A program made the translations under genes and the position numbers. From NCBI GenBank assembly GCA_041484665.1, contig JBGPIA010000005.1, positions 1 through 64,000 on the forward strand: a stretch of DNA of 64,000 nucleotides. The letters run 5' to 3'. Below the pieces are notes generated by a model. That model made no database searches and was not told the origin of the DNA. It saw nothing but the letters and a program-made list of their open reading frames with translations. Position 1 is the stretch's first letter. Every line of letters starts with the position of its first letter. Source of the stretch: Candidatus Krumholzibacteriia bacterium (GTDB taxonomy: Bacteria; Krumholzibacteriota; Krumholzibacteriia; JAJRXK01). Of the stretch, positions 9,004 through 17,962 are shown one piece after another.

Positions 9004-10218
9004 ATGCTCGCCGACGCGCTGCAGCGCCACCTGTCCCGCCGCCCCTTGCTCGCTGCTGGCGTCATGTCGGGCACCAGCCTGGACGGAGTCGACGTCGCGC
9101 TGCTGTCGATCACCGACCCGCTGCAGCCCGCGCGCTGGACGCTCTTGCGCTACGCGTGCGATCCATTCGAGTCGGTCGCCCCGGAGCGCTTGCGCGCGGT
9201 CGCCGCGGGCGAGCCCACCGATGCCGGGGAGCTGAGCCGCCTGCGCATGGCGCTCACGCGCGACTACGCGCGGATCGTGCGCCGCCTGTGCGAGGCGCAA
9301 GGCGTGGAGCCCACGCAACTGGCGTACGTGGCCGCGCACGGCGTCACATTGTGGCACGCCCCCGGCCCGGGGCGGGGCCGCGGTGTGGGCCACACCTGGC
9401 AGCTGCACGCCGGGCCGGCGCTGGCCGCGTGGCTGCGGACCATCGTGGTCGACGATTTCCGCACGGCCGACGTGGCGCTGGGCGGCCAGGGCGCGCCGCT
9501 GGCGCCGGTGTGCGACCTGCGGTTGCGCGGCAGCGCCGAAGAGGACCGCGTCATCCTCAACCTGGGCGGCGTGGCCAACCTGACGGCTCTGCCAGCGGGC
9601 GCCACTCGCACCGTGGAGGTTCGGGCGGGCGACGTGGGTCCCGCCAACCTGCTGCTCGACGAGCTGCGCCGCCGCCAGACCCAGGGCGCACAACATTTCG
9701 ACCGCGACGGCGCCGTGGGGCTCGCCGGGCGGCCCGACCTGCGGCTGGTCCACGAGATGCTCGCGCAGGGCTGGGCGCGGCAACCGTTGCCGCGGTCTTT
9801 CGGCCGGGAGCAATTCGGCATGCTTTACGTGGACGGCTTCCTCGCGCAGGCGGCGCAGCTCTCGCCGGCCGACCAGATGGCCACTGCTGTGGCTGTGGAG
9901 GCCGCCGCCGTACGCATCTTCCTGACGGAGGTCTGTGGTCCTTGGCGCCGGCGCCCGGACCGCCCCCTGGGCTTCTACCTCACCGGAGGCGGCCGCCACA
10001 ACCGCGCGCTCACGGTGGCCCTGGAGCGCGAGCTCGCGCCGGCCCGCGCCGCGGGCATCGAGGAGCTGGGCACCCCTGCCGACATCAAGGAGGCCGTGGA
10101 CTTTGCGCTGCTGGGGTGGCTGGCACTGAGCGCGCAGTCCGCCCAGGCGGCGCCCATCACCGGCGCCGCACGCGATGTCGTGTTGGGCGCGATCCACGCC
10201 CCGGACCTGCAGTGGTGA
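9004..10218 (+). CDS. anmK: Anhydro-N-acetylmuramic acid kinase
   Basis: GVMSGTSLDGVD, DFRTADVALGGQGAPL, LNLGGVANLT, GPANLLLD, TGGGRHN, KEAVDFA. Confidence 0.95.
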   Translation: MLADALQRHLSRRPLLAAGVMSGTSLDGVDVALLSITDPLQPARWTLLRYACDPFESVAPERLRAVAAGEPTDAGELSRLRMALTRDYARIVRRLCEAQGVEPTQLAYVAAHGVTLWHAPGPGRGRGVGHTWQLHAGPALAAWLRTIVVDDFRTADVALGGQGAPLAPVCDLRLRGSAEEDRVILNLGGVANLTALPAGATRTVEVRAGDVGPANLLLDELRRRQTQGAQHFDRDGAVGLAGRPDLRLVHEMLAQGWARQPLPRSFGREQFGMLYVDGFLAQAAQLSPADQMATAVAVEAAAVRIFLTEVCGPWRRRPDRPLGFYLTGGGRHNRALTVALERELAPARAAGIEELGTPADIKEAVDFALLGWLALSAQSAQAAPITGAARDVVLGAIHAPDLQW

Positions 10219-11720
10219 TGCGGCGGCGGCTTGCCCCGCGGGTACAGGCGCCGCCGGTCGCGCCGTTGCTCCGGCTGCGGCTCGCGCCGCGGCTCTCGCC
10301 GGTCCTCGCGCCGTTGCTCGCACCACTGCTGGCGCCGTTGGTCGCGTTGCTGCTCGCGGCGCCGGTCGCGTCGCTGCTCTCCTGCAGCCCGCGTCCGATC
10401 GGCGTGAAGCCACCGCAGGGGGACCAACAGTCCCCCGCCGGCCAGCAGGCGCCCGAGGCGCCCCCGGAGCAAGCGCCGCCGGAGATCCCGCCCGAGGCGG
10501 AGCTGCCTCTCACCGAGGAGGCTGCCCGCGAGGCCGGCCGCCCCATCGTGCGCGTGGGTCTGCTCGTGGAGCGGCCGCGCGTGGAGGCACGCGCGCTGGG
10601 CGCGGTCGCGGTGCTGGACATCACGGGGCAGACGGTGGCGACCATCGGCGGTCCCGCGCGGGTCGACGCCAGCTCGCTGGAGCAGGGGCTGGAGCTGCGC
10701 GCGGACGGGGAGATCGTGTTGCGCACGGAGGAGCCGCTGCTGCGCCTGCGCGGCAGCGGCCCCTTGGCCCGCTGGCGCCTCAAGGACAACGAGTACGCCG
10801 GCGATCTGATCGTGCGCCGTGCGCGCAACGCGACGGTCACGTTGGTCAATTGGGTCGATGTGGAGACCTATTTGCGCGGCGTAGTGCCCTGGGAAATCGG
10901 CCGCCCCGGCGTGGACGCGCTGGAGGCGGTCAAGGCGCAGGCCATCGCCGCGCGCACCTACACCCTTGCCCACATGGGGCAGTGGAAGGAGCAGGGTTTC
11001 GACGTGTGGGACTCGGTGACCGACCAGGTCTACCGTGGCCTCACCGGCACGTCGGTATCGACCGATCCCGCCGTCGAGCAGACGAGCGGCCTGGTGCTGC
11101 GCTACGGCGACGACCTGGTGATGGCGTACTACTCAAGCACTTGCGGTGGTCACACCAGCACGGTGCAGGACGTGTGGGCCCGGCCCGCGGCCCCCTATCT
11201 GGTGGGAACGCGTGACGCGCCGCCGGGGGGCCCGAGCTGGTGTGCGAGTAGCCCGCAGTTCCGCTGGACGACCTCGTGGAGCGCCCACGAGCTGGGCGAC
11301 GTGCTGCGCAGGACCTTGCCGGCCGAGCTGGGGCCGCAGTGGACTCCGGAACGAATCGGAAAGCTGCGCGAGCTGGAGGTCGTCGAGCGCGACACCTCGG
11401 GCCGCGTGCACCGCCTGGCCATCGTCACCGATCGTGCGCGCGCGGAGGTGGTCGGAGACCGCATCCGCTGGGTGCTCACGCCTGCGCACGAGCGCAACCA
11501 GATCCTGCGCAGCACGATGTTCGAGGTTGAGAACGTGCGGCGCGACGGCAAGCTGGTGGCCATCCGGCTCAAGGGTGGCGGATTCGGCCACGGCGTCGGG
11601 TTGTGCCAGGAGGGCGCGATGGGGATGGCGCGCGCGGGCTACTCGGCGCAGGAGATCCTGACGCACTACTACGCCGGAGCGCGCATCGAGCGCGCCTACG
11701 AGAGCGGTGGGATGCCGTGA
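10218..11720 (+). CDS. SpoIID/LytB-domain lipoprotein (lytic transglycosylase-like)
   Basis: ATG overlaps the anmK stop; lipobox LLSC; VETYLRGVVPWE, EAVKAQAIAARTY, DQVYRG, YSSTCGGHT, GFGHGVGLCQEGA, ILTHYY. Confidence 0.9.
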   Translation: MRRRLAPRVQAPPVAPLLRLRLAPRLSPVLAPLLAPLLAPLVALLLAAPVASLLSCSPRPIGVKPPQGDQQSPAGQQAPEAPPEQAPPEIPPEAELPLTEEAAREAGRPIVRVGLLVERPRVEARALGAVAVLDITGQTVATIGGPARVDASSLEQGLELRADGEIVLRTEEPLLRLRGSGPLARWRLKDNEYAGDLIVRRARNATVTLVNWVDVETYLRGVVPWEIGRPGVDALEAVKAQAIAARTYTLAHMGQWKEQGFDVWDSVTDQVYRGLTGTSVSTDPAVEQTSGLVLRYGDDLVMAYYSSTCGGHTSTVQDVWARPAAPYLVGTRDAPPGGPSWCASSPQFRWTTSWSAHELGDVLRRTLPAELGPQWTPERIGKLRELEVVERDTSGRVHRLAIVTDRARAEVVGDRIRWVLTPAHERNQILRSTMFEVENVRRDGKLVAIRLKGGGFGHGVGLCQEGAMGMARAGYSAQEILTHYYAGARIERAYESGGMP

Positions 11721-13483
11721 CCGCGTTGCGCGCTGGTCGCGGCGGCGGCCCCCACGGCGAACCTGACAGCGGCCGCGACGGCGCGCGCGCGCGGCTGGCC
11801 GGCCTGACGCTGGTGGGACTGGCAGGCACGCGGCTGAGTGCCGAGGAGGAGCGGCTGCTCGTCCGCTTCGCCGTCGCCGGCGTGATCCTCTTCCGCCGCA
11901 ACGTGGAAAGTCTCGAGCAGTTGCGCACGCTCTGCGCGCAGGTGCGCGCGGCGCTCGCGCCCGTCTCGCCGCTGCCGCCCCTCATCTGTGCCGACCAGGA
12001 GGGCGGAAGCGTCGCGCCGCTGGCGGCGGCCATCGGCCGCCCGCCCGCGGCGCTGGCCCTGGGCCTGGCGGCGGACCTCGAGCTGACCCGCCGCGTGCAC
12101 ACCGAGACCGCGCGCCGGCTGCGAACGGCCGGGCTCGGCCTGGTGCTCGCGCCGGTCGCCGATGTGGCCGGTGACGAGAACCCCGTGGTCTCCACGCGCA
12201 CCTTCGGCAGCGACCCCCAGCTCGCCGCCGCCCACGTGGCGGCCGCCATCGAGGGCCTGCGCGCTGGCGGCGTGGCAGGCTGCGCGAAGCACTGGCCGGG
12301 GCACGGCCGCCCCGTGCTGGACAGCCACGTGGGGAGACCGACCGTGGAGGCTGGGTTGGAGGAGCTGGAGCGCGTGGAGCTGCCGCCGTTTCGCGCGGCC
12401 ATCGGCGCTGGTGTCGAGGCGGTGATGGTGGGGCACCTGGTCGTGCCGGCGTTGGACGCGAGCGGTACCATCGCCAGCGCGTCGGAGCCGATGCTGCGCC
12501 TGTGGCTGCGCGACCGTCTGAAGTTCGCCGGCGCCGTGATCACCGACGCGCTCGAGATGGCGGGCTTTGGCTCCACCGGCCCCCGCGCGGCGCTGGGGGC
12601 GGGCAGCGACCTGCTGCTGTTCGCCGCGCCGGCCGGGCAGGTCGCGGCACGGCTGGAGCAACTGGAGCGGGAGCTGGCCGCCGGACACATCGACTCGGCC
12701 CGCCTGGAGCAGGCCCGCGCGCACGTGGAGCGGCTGCGCGCGGTCGCGGGGCAGCCCGACGGCGCTCATACGCTCGATCCGTTCGATGACACCCTCTACA
12801 CCACGGCCCGCCTGCGCGGGCTGCGCGTCCACGCCGCCGCCAGCGGCAGCTCCGCGACGGCGGGCTCCCGCGGTTCCGCCGCGGCCGCGTCCGGCCGTTG
12901 CGCTGCCGCCGCGCAGACAACCGGAAGCGGCGACGCAGCAACATCCGGTGGCGAGGGACGTACAGCCACCACCTCCACAGCCGGCAATTGGCTCGCAGGC
13001 GCGGTCTCCCGCCCCGTTGGCTGGGTGCTGGTGGACGCCGCCTCCGCCGATCGTCTGATGCGCGCCGAGCCTGCCGCCGATCTTGCGGAGCGGGTGGCTA
13101 CGGCCGCGAGCCTCATCGAGCCGGTCCTGCACGCACACCTGGGCCAAGCGATCCTCCCAGCGGTGCTGTTGCCATCGCCCACGGGCCCGCCGTTTCCCCG
13201 CGAGCTGCGCGAGCGCCTCGCGGGAATCCCGGTGGGGGCCGGCATCATCGTGGCTTCCCTGCGCCCGTTCCGGCCGCCCGAGCGCGAGGCTTGGAGGCGA
13301 GTTCTGGCGGCGCGGCAACCGGCGTGGGTGGTGCTGATGGGCGACCTGGGGCTACGGCATGCGTTGGTGGGGCTCGATCATCTGCTGATGCCAGGGGCCG
13401 CGCCGGAGGATGCCGAGCTGCTTGGCAGGATTCTGACCGGCGGCGTCGCGCTTCCAGCGGCAGCCGACCGCGCGGTTCTGTAG
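11717..13483 (+). CDS. nagZ: GH3 beta-N-acetylhexosaminidase
   Basis: GTGA overlap with the upstream stop; GVILFRRN, DQEGG, APVADV, RTFGSDP, KHWPGHG..DSH, VITDALEM. Confidence 0.88.
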   Translation: MTALRAGRGGGPHGEPDSGRDGARARLAGLTLVGLAGTRLSAEEERLLVRFAVAGVILFRRNVESLEQLRTLCAQVRAALAPVSPLPPLICADQEGGSVAPLAAAIGRPPAALALGLAADLELTRRVHTETARRLRTAGLGLVLAPVADVAGDENPVVSTRTFGSDPQLAAAHVAAAIEGLRAGGVAGCAKHWPGHGRPVLDSHVGRPTVEAGLEELERVELPPFRAAIGAGVEAVMVGHLVVPALDASGTIASASEPMLRLWLRDRLKFAGAVITDALEMAGFGSTGPRAALGAGSDLLLFAAPAGQVAARLEQLERELAAGHIDSARLEQARAHVERLRAVAGQPDGAHTLDPFDDTLYTTARLRGLRVHAAASGSSATAGSRGSAAAASGRCAAAAQTTGSGDAATSGGEGRTATTSTAGNWLAGAVSRPVGWVLVDAASADRLMRAEPAADLAERVATAASLIEPVLHAHLGQAILPAVLLPSPTGPPFPRELRERLAGIPVGAGIIVASLRPFRPPEREAWRRVLAARQPAWVVLMGDLGLRHALVGLDHLLMPGAAPEDAELLGRILTGGVALPAAADRAVL

Positions 13484-13568
13484 GAGCCTCCGAGCGGCAG
13501 CGAAGCGGGGCGTAGTCGCTCATCCGGGCGTGCTCGGGACCCGCAAGCGGCCAATCTCCGTGCAGGCA

Positions 13569-13597
13569 TTGACACTCGGTGGGTGTGGCACTAGACT
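13569..13597 (+). promoter_or_regulatory. Sigma70 promoter of tRNA-Asp
   Basis: TTGACA-N17-TAGACT, ending 34 nt before the tRNA. Confidence 0.75.
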
Positions 13598-13630
13598 GCC
13601 GGGCGGCTCGGGCCGGCTGGCCTGCAGCGC

Positions 13631-13707
13631 GGGGGCGTAGTTCAGCTGGTTAGAACGCCGGCCTGTCAAGCCGGAGGTCGCGAGTTCGAGTCTCGTCGCT
13701 CCCGCCA
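13631..13707 (+). tRNA. tRNA-Asp (GTC)
   Basis: Cloverleaf: acceptor GGGGGCG/CGCTCCC, anticodon arm CCGGC-CTGTCAA-GCCGG, TTCGAGT T-loop, encoded CCA. Confidence 0.97.
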
Positions 13708-13720
13708 CCGTCTTCCCGGG

Positions 13721-13752
13721 ACAGCCCCCGACGGCGTCGTGGGGCTGTTTCG
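13721..13752 (+). terminator. Intrinsic terminator after tRNA-Asp
   Basis: ACAGCCCC-CGACG/CGTCG-T-GGGGCTGT hairpin followed by TTCGTT. Confidence 0.6.
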
Positions 13753-14076
13753 TTGGTCTCTGACGGCACTCCTCGAGTGCGGCGCTCTCCCGTGCGGGGG
13801 CGACGGCGCCCCCCGGCGCGCGACTGACCGCCCTTCGCACAGCGCCGGTCCCGCCCACAGCGCCTGCCCTGCCCGGCCCCGCCTGCCCTGCCCGCCGGGC
13901 CCGCGCCACCCGCCGCTGTGATCCCTCCGGACGGGGCCTCCCGAGACCCGCGCGAAGCTGGGGTCCAATCCAGGGACTGCAAGGTTGCACTGGCGGCCTG
14001 GACGGTGCCGGGGCTATGCTCTGCATGGCGGGTGAGCCGCCCACTCCTCCACCGGGGCGCGCACCCCGCTATCAGT

Positions 14077-14114
14077 AACGCCCCCCGGTTCCGCGCCGGG
14101 GGGCGTTTTCCTTT
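14077..14114 (+). terminator. Strong intrinsic terminator about 145 nt upstream of glgC
   Basis: AACGCCCCCCGG-TTCCGCG-CCGGGGGGCGTT (12-bp stem) followed by TTCCTTT. Confidence 0.7.
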
Positions 14115-14258
14115 CGGTAGCGGGCGTGGCTTGCTACAGTTCCACGCGTTGCCCGATCGCGGCGCGCGCGGGCGCCCCACGACGCGAGCGGGCGCGCGGT
14201 CGCACACGCCGTCGCGGCGTTGCCCGGCCGCAACGGACCGATCACAAGGAGCTCACGG

Positions 14259-15518
14259 ATGGCGGCCGGCATGGACTCCCGGGTGGTCGCGCTGGTCATG
14301 GCCGGCGGAAAGGGCGAGCGACTGTTCCCCCTCACCCGCGATCGTTCCAAGCCGGCCGTGCCCTTCGGGGGCAAGTACCGGATTGCCGACTTCGTGCTCA
14401 GCAACCTTGTGCACTCGAAGGTCAGCGCGATCTACGTCCTCACGCAGTACAAGGCGCAGTCGCTGTTGGAGCACCTGCAGGCGGGCTGGATCCACCAGAG
14501 CGGTCCCGACAGCTTCATCACCGCCGTGCCCGCGCAGATGCAGTCGGGTGCCGAGTGGTACCGCGGCACAGCCGACGCCATCTACCAGAACTTGCGCCTG
14601 CTCGACCGCACGCGGCCCGAGATCGTGGCGGTCTTCGGCGCCGACCACATCTACAAGATGAACGTGCGCCAGATGATCGACTTCCACGTGCGCCGCGACG
14701 CGGCCGCTACCATCGCGTGTCTGCCGGTGCCGGTGGCGGAGGCCGCGGACTTCGGCGTGGTGATCGTCGACGAGAGCTGGCGGGTCATCGGCTTCGAGGA
14801 GAAGCCGACTGCGCCCAGGGAGATCCCCGACCGCCCCGGCTGGGCGCTGGTCTCCATGGGCAACTACCTGTTCCGCACCGGAGTCCTGGTGGAGGTGCTG
14901 CGCGCCGATGCCGCCGACGCCACCTCGGCCCACGACTTCGGCCGCTCGATCCTGCCGCGGATGGTGGACGTCTACCCGGTCTATGCCTACGACTTCCTGC
15001 GCAATCGCATCCCCCGCGAGTCCGAGAGCGAGGTCTCGTACTGGCGCGACATTGGAACGATCGACGCCTATTTCACCGCCAACCTGGATCTGAAGGACGT
15101 CCAACCCAAGCTCAATCTCTACAACTGGAGCTGGCCCATCCGCACGGTCAGCTTCACCGATCCACCGGCCAAGTTCGTGTTCGACGAGCAGGGGCGACGA
15201 GGGGAGGCGGTGCAATCCGTCGTGTGCAGCGGGTGCATCCTCTCCGGCGGCTACGTCAAGGACTCGGTTCTGGGGCGCAACGTGTTCGTCGACGAGGGCG
15301 CCGAGGTGTTCGAGTCGGTGATCCTGGACAACGTCTTCATCGGCAAGCGCGCCCGCGTCCGTCGCGCGATCATCGACAAGAACAATCACGTCCCCGAGGG
15401 CGTCACCATCGGCTACGATGAGGCGGCCGACCGCGAGCGCTACCACGTCTCCCCGGGCGGGGTCGTCGTGCTCCGTCGTGGCGGGGACTCGCCCGAGAGC
15501 CGCGCGCGCAACTGGTAG
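14259..15518 (+). CDS. glgC: Glucose-1-phosphate adenylyltransferase
   Basis: AAGGAG RBS; MAGGKGERLFPLTRDRSKPAVPFGGKYRIADF, WYRGTADAIYQN, ADHIYKM, SMGNY, HDFG, YWRDIGT. Confidence 0.97.
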   Translation: MAAGMDSRVVALVMAGGKGERLFPLTRDRSKPAVPFGGKYRIADFVLSNLVHSKVSAIYVLTQYKAQSLLEHLQAGWIHQSGPDSFITAVPAQMQSGAEWYRGTADAIYQNLRLLDRTRPEIVAVFGADHIYKMNVRQMIDFHVRRDAAATIACLPVPVAEAADFGVVIVDESWRVIGFEEKPTAPREIPDRPGWALVSMGNYLFRTGVLVEVLRADAADATSAHDFGRSILPRMVDVYPVYAYDFLRNRIPRESESEVSYWRDIGTIDAYFTANLDLKDVQPKLNLYNWSWPIRTVSFTDPPAKFVFDEQGRRGEAVQSVVCSGCILSGGYVKDSVLGRNVFVDEGAEVFESVILDNVFIGKRARVRRAIIDKNNHVPEGVTIGYDEAADRERYHVSPGGVVVLRRGGDSPESRARNW

Positions 15519-15537
15519 GCCCGGCGCCTCCCACAGC

Positions 15538-17916
15538 ATGGCCGTCGAATTCGCCATCGTCCTGCACTTCCATCAGCCGGTGGGCAATTTCGGGGACGTG
15601 GTGGCGCGCGTCACCGAGCGTTGTTACCGGCCGCTGTTGCAGCTGCTGGAACAACACCCCGCCATCAAGACGCACCTCCACCTCAACGGCATCCTGCTGG
15701 AGTGGATGGACCGCGACGCACCGGAGCTGGTGGCCGCCATCGGGAGAATGGTCGGTCGCGGGTCCGTGGAGATGATCACCGGCGGGCACCAGGAGCCCAT
15801 CCTCTCGGTGCTGCCCGAGCGTGACGCGGTGGGTCAGATCGTGGCCCTCAGTGACGAGCTCGAGCTACGCTTCGGGCACCGACCGGCGGGGCTGTGGCTG
15901 ACCGAGCGCGTCTGGGAGCCACGCCTGCCCACGCCGCTGCGCACGGCCGGCGTGCAGTACACGATCCTCGACGACTCGATGCTGCGGTGGGCGGGCGTGG
16001 AGGAGGGCGGGTTGGACGGCTACTGGATGGCAGAAGACCAGGGGAGTCCGCTGGCGATCTATCCGGGGCGCAAGCAGCTGCGCTACACGATCCCGTTTCG
16101 GCCGCACGAGGAGACCCTGCAGTTCCTGCACGCGCTGCCCGGGGCCTTGGGGCAGACGCCGCTGGCGGTCTACGCCGATGACGCGGAGAAGTTCGGCGAG
16201 TGGCCCCGCACCCACGAGTGGGTCTTCACCAAGGGCTGGCTGCCGCGGTTCCTGGAACTGCTGGAGCAGGAGCAGCACGAGCAGCGCGTGCGCACCGTGC
16301 ACCTCTCCGGGCACCTGCGGGCGCACCCGCCGCGCGGACGGGTCTATCCGCCCACGGCCAGCTACCACGAGCTCACCGAGTGGGCGCTGCCCACGCCGGC
16401 GCGCCTGCGGCTGGAGGCGCTGGTGGCAAAGCTCGATCGCGACGATCCGCTGGGAGCGCGGGAGTTCGTGCGCGGGGGCACGTGGCGTGGCTTCCTAGCC
16501 AAGTACCCCGAAGCCGACCGCATGCACAAGCGCATGCTGCGGGTGAGCGCGCAGCTGCACGAGCTGAACGCGCCGAGCGCGCGCGCGCCGGACGCGCCAC
16601 TGCCGCCAGCCCGGCGCACCGCGACCGCCCGGCGCAAGGCAGCCACTCGCACGGTGGCCGATGAGGCGCGCCTGGCCGCCGCCCGGCGCGATCTCTACCG
16701 GGGTCAGTGCAACGACGCCTACTGGCACGGCTCGTTCGGGGGGCTCTATCTGGTCCACCTGCGGCGGGCCGTGGAGCGCCACCTGATCCGCGCCGAGCGC
16801 GCGCTGGACGGGCTGGCGCACGGCGCTGGGGCGCGGCTCGAGATCAGACGCATCGACCTCGACGCCGATGGGCGCGACGAGCTGGAGATCCGCACGCCGC
16901 ACGCCGTCGTGGTGGTCGACCCGGACCAGGGCGGCGCCGTCACGGAGTGGGCCCTGCGCGGGCCGTGCGACAATCTCGTGACCGTGCTGCGCCGCCACGA
17001 CGAGGCGTTCCACGCGGCGCTGCGCGGCCTCACCGATGATCAGCTGGCGGCCCTGATCCGCGGCAGCGAGCAGGAGGCCCAGGGCGGCGACAGTCAGGGC
17101 ATCGCAACCATCCACGGGGGGCTGCGCGTGAAGCCGGGGGTGCGCCTGGCCGACCTGCGCGTCGACAGCCACCCGCGCGTGGCGTGCCTGGAATGGGCGG
17201 CGCCGGCGGCCCCGCTCGTGGGCGACCCCGACGCGCAGCTGGACGCGGCCACCCCTCTGCACGGCCCCTGGGAGGCGCGGCAGCCGGCTGGCGAGGGCGA
17301 GCTCACGCTCGAGTGGCAGGACAGTGACCGCCACATCGTCAAGCGGTTGCGCGCCGGGAGCCGTGACGCTTCCCTCATGGTGAATTATGACACCCGGCCG
17401 CTGGGGGGCGGCGCGCCGGTGGGGGCCGCCGCGCCGCTGGTGGGCACTACGCCGTTGGGAGGCGGCCCGTGGGTGGGAGGCGACTCGCCGCTCGCGGCTG
17501 CGCGGCCGTGGCGCCTGGTCTCGGAGTGGAACCTGCTCGTGGGATACACCGGTGATGACCTCGAGGTCGAGCAGTCAGGCGAAATCGGGAGCGCAGTCGG
17601 GGGCGCAGACGTGAACGCGGCGGCGGGCCCAGGCGCAGGCGGGAGCGGAGCCGGACGCACGGCCGCGCCGGCCGGTGCGCGCATGGGCGTCGAGCGACTG
17701 CGCTTCCACGGCGGCGGCGAGCGTTCGCTGCTGCTGACGTGCTCCCCGCCAGCGGATGTCTGCTGGGCCCCCGTGCACACCATCAGCTCCTCGGAAGGGG
17801 GCCTCGAGAAGACGGGACAGGGCACGGTGTTTCTCGTAAGCTGGCTCGTCGAGCGCACCCTGCAGGCCACCCTCACGCTGACCCCCACGGCCCCCGACCT
17901 CCCGGACGAGCGCTAG
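15538..17916 (+). CDS. GH57 alpha-amylase / 4-alpha-glucanotransferase (DUF1925/DUF1926 type)
   Basis: LHFHQPVGNF, GLWLTERVWEP, DDAEKFGEWP, SYHELTEWAL, GQCNDAYWHGSFGGLYL, SSSEGGLEKTGQG. Confidence 0.9.
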   Translation: MAVEFAIVLHFHQPVGNFGDVVARVTERCYRPLLQLLEQHPAIKTHLHLNGILLEWMDRDAPELVAAIGRMVGRGSVEMITGGHQEPILSVLPERDAVGQIVALSDELELRFGHRPAGLWLTERVWEPRLPTPLRTAGVQYTILDDSMLRWAGVEEGGLDGYWMAEDQGSPLAIYPGRKQLRYTIPFRPHEETLQFLHALPGALGQTPLAVYADDAEKFGEWPRTHEWVFTKGWLPRFLELLEQEQHEQRVRTVHLSGHLRAHPPRGRVYPPTASYHELTEWALPTPARLRLEALVAKLDRDDPLGAREFVRGGTWRGFLAKYPEADRMHKRMLRVSAQLHELNAPSARAPDAPLPPARRTATARRKAATRTVADEARLAAARRDLYRGQCNDAYWHGSFGGLYLVHLRRAVERHLIRAERALDGLAHGAGARLEIRRIDLDADGRDELEIRTPHAVVVVDPDQGGAVTEWALRGPCDNLVTVLRRHDEAFHAALRGLTDDQLAALIRGSEQEAQGGDSQGIATIHGGLRVKPGVRLADLRVDSHPRVACLEWAAPAAPLVGDPDAQLDAATPLHGPWEARQPAGEGELTLEWQDSDRHIVKRLRAGSRDASLMVNYDTRPLGGGAPVGAAAPLVGTTPLGGGPWVGGDSPLAAARPWRLVSEWNLLVGYTGDDLEVEQSGEIGSAVGGADVNAAAGPGAGGSGAGRTAAPAGARMGVERLRFHGGGERSLLLTCSPPADVCWAPVHTISSSEGGLEKTGQGTVFLVSWLVERTLQATLTLTPTAPDLPDER

Positions 17917-17962
17917 CCCGGCCGGAGCGCGGGCGCAAACACTGGAGCGCGCCTCCGACGCC

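Noticed and set aside
9156..10217. N-terminal 354 aa of the 854-aa ORF containing SpoIID
   Set aside because: An off-frame overlap with anmK that reads as Arg/Gly/Ala noise; the real start is the ATG at 10218.
13586..13600. Sigma54-like TGGCAC..TGC
   Set aside because: The GG-to-GC spacing is 9 rather than 10, and the site fits a sigma70 promoter.
13631..14258. Integrative element at tRNA-Asp (also considered at tRNA-Phe and tRNA-Thr)
   Set aside because: No integrase and no duplicated tRNA 3' end were seen; the flanking genes are housekeeping.
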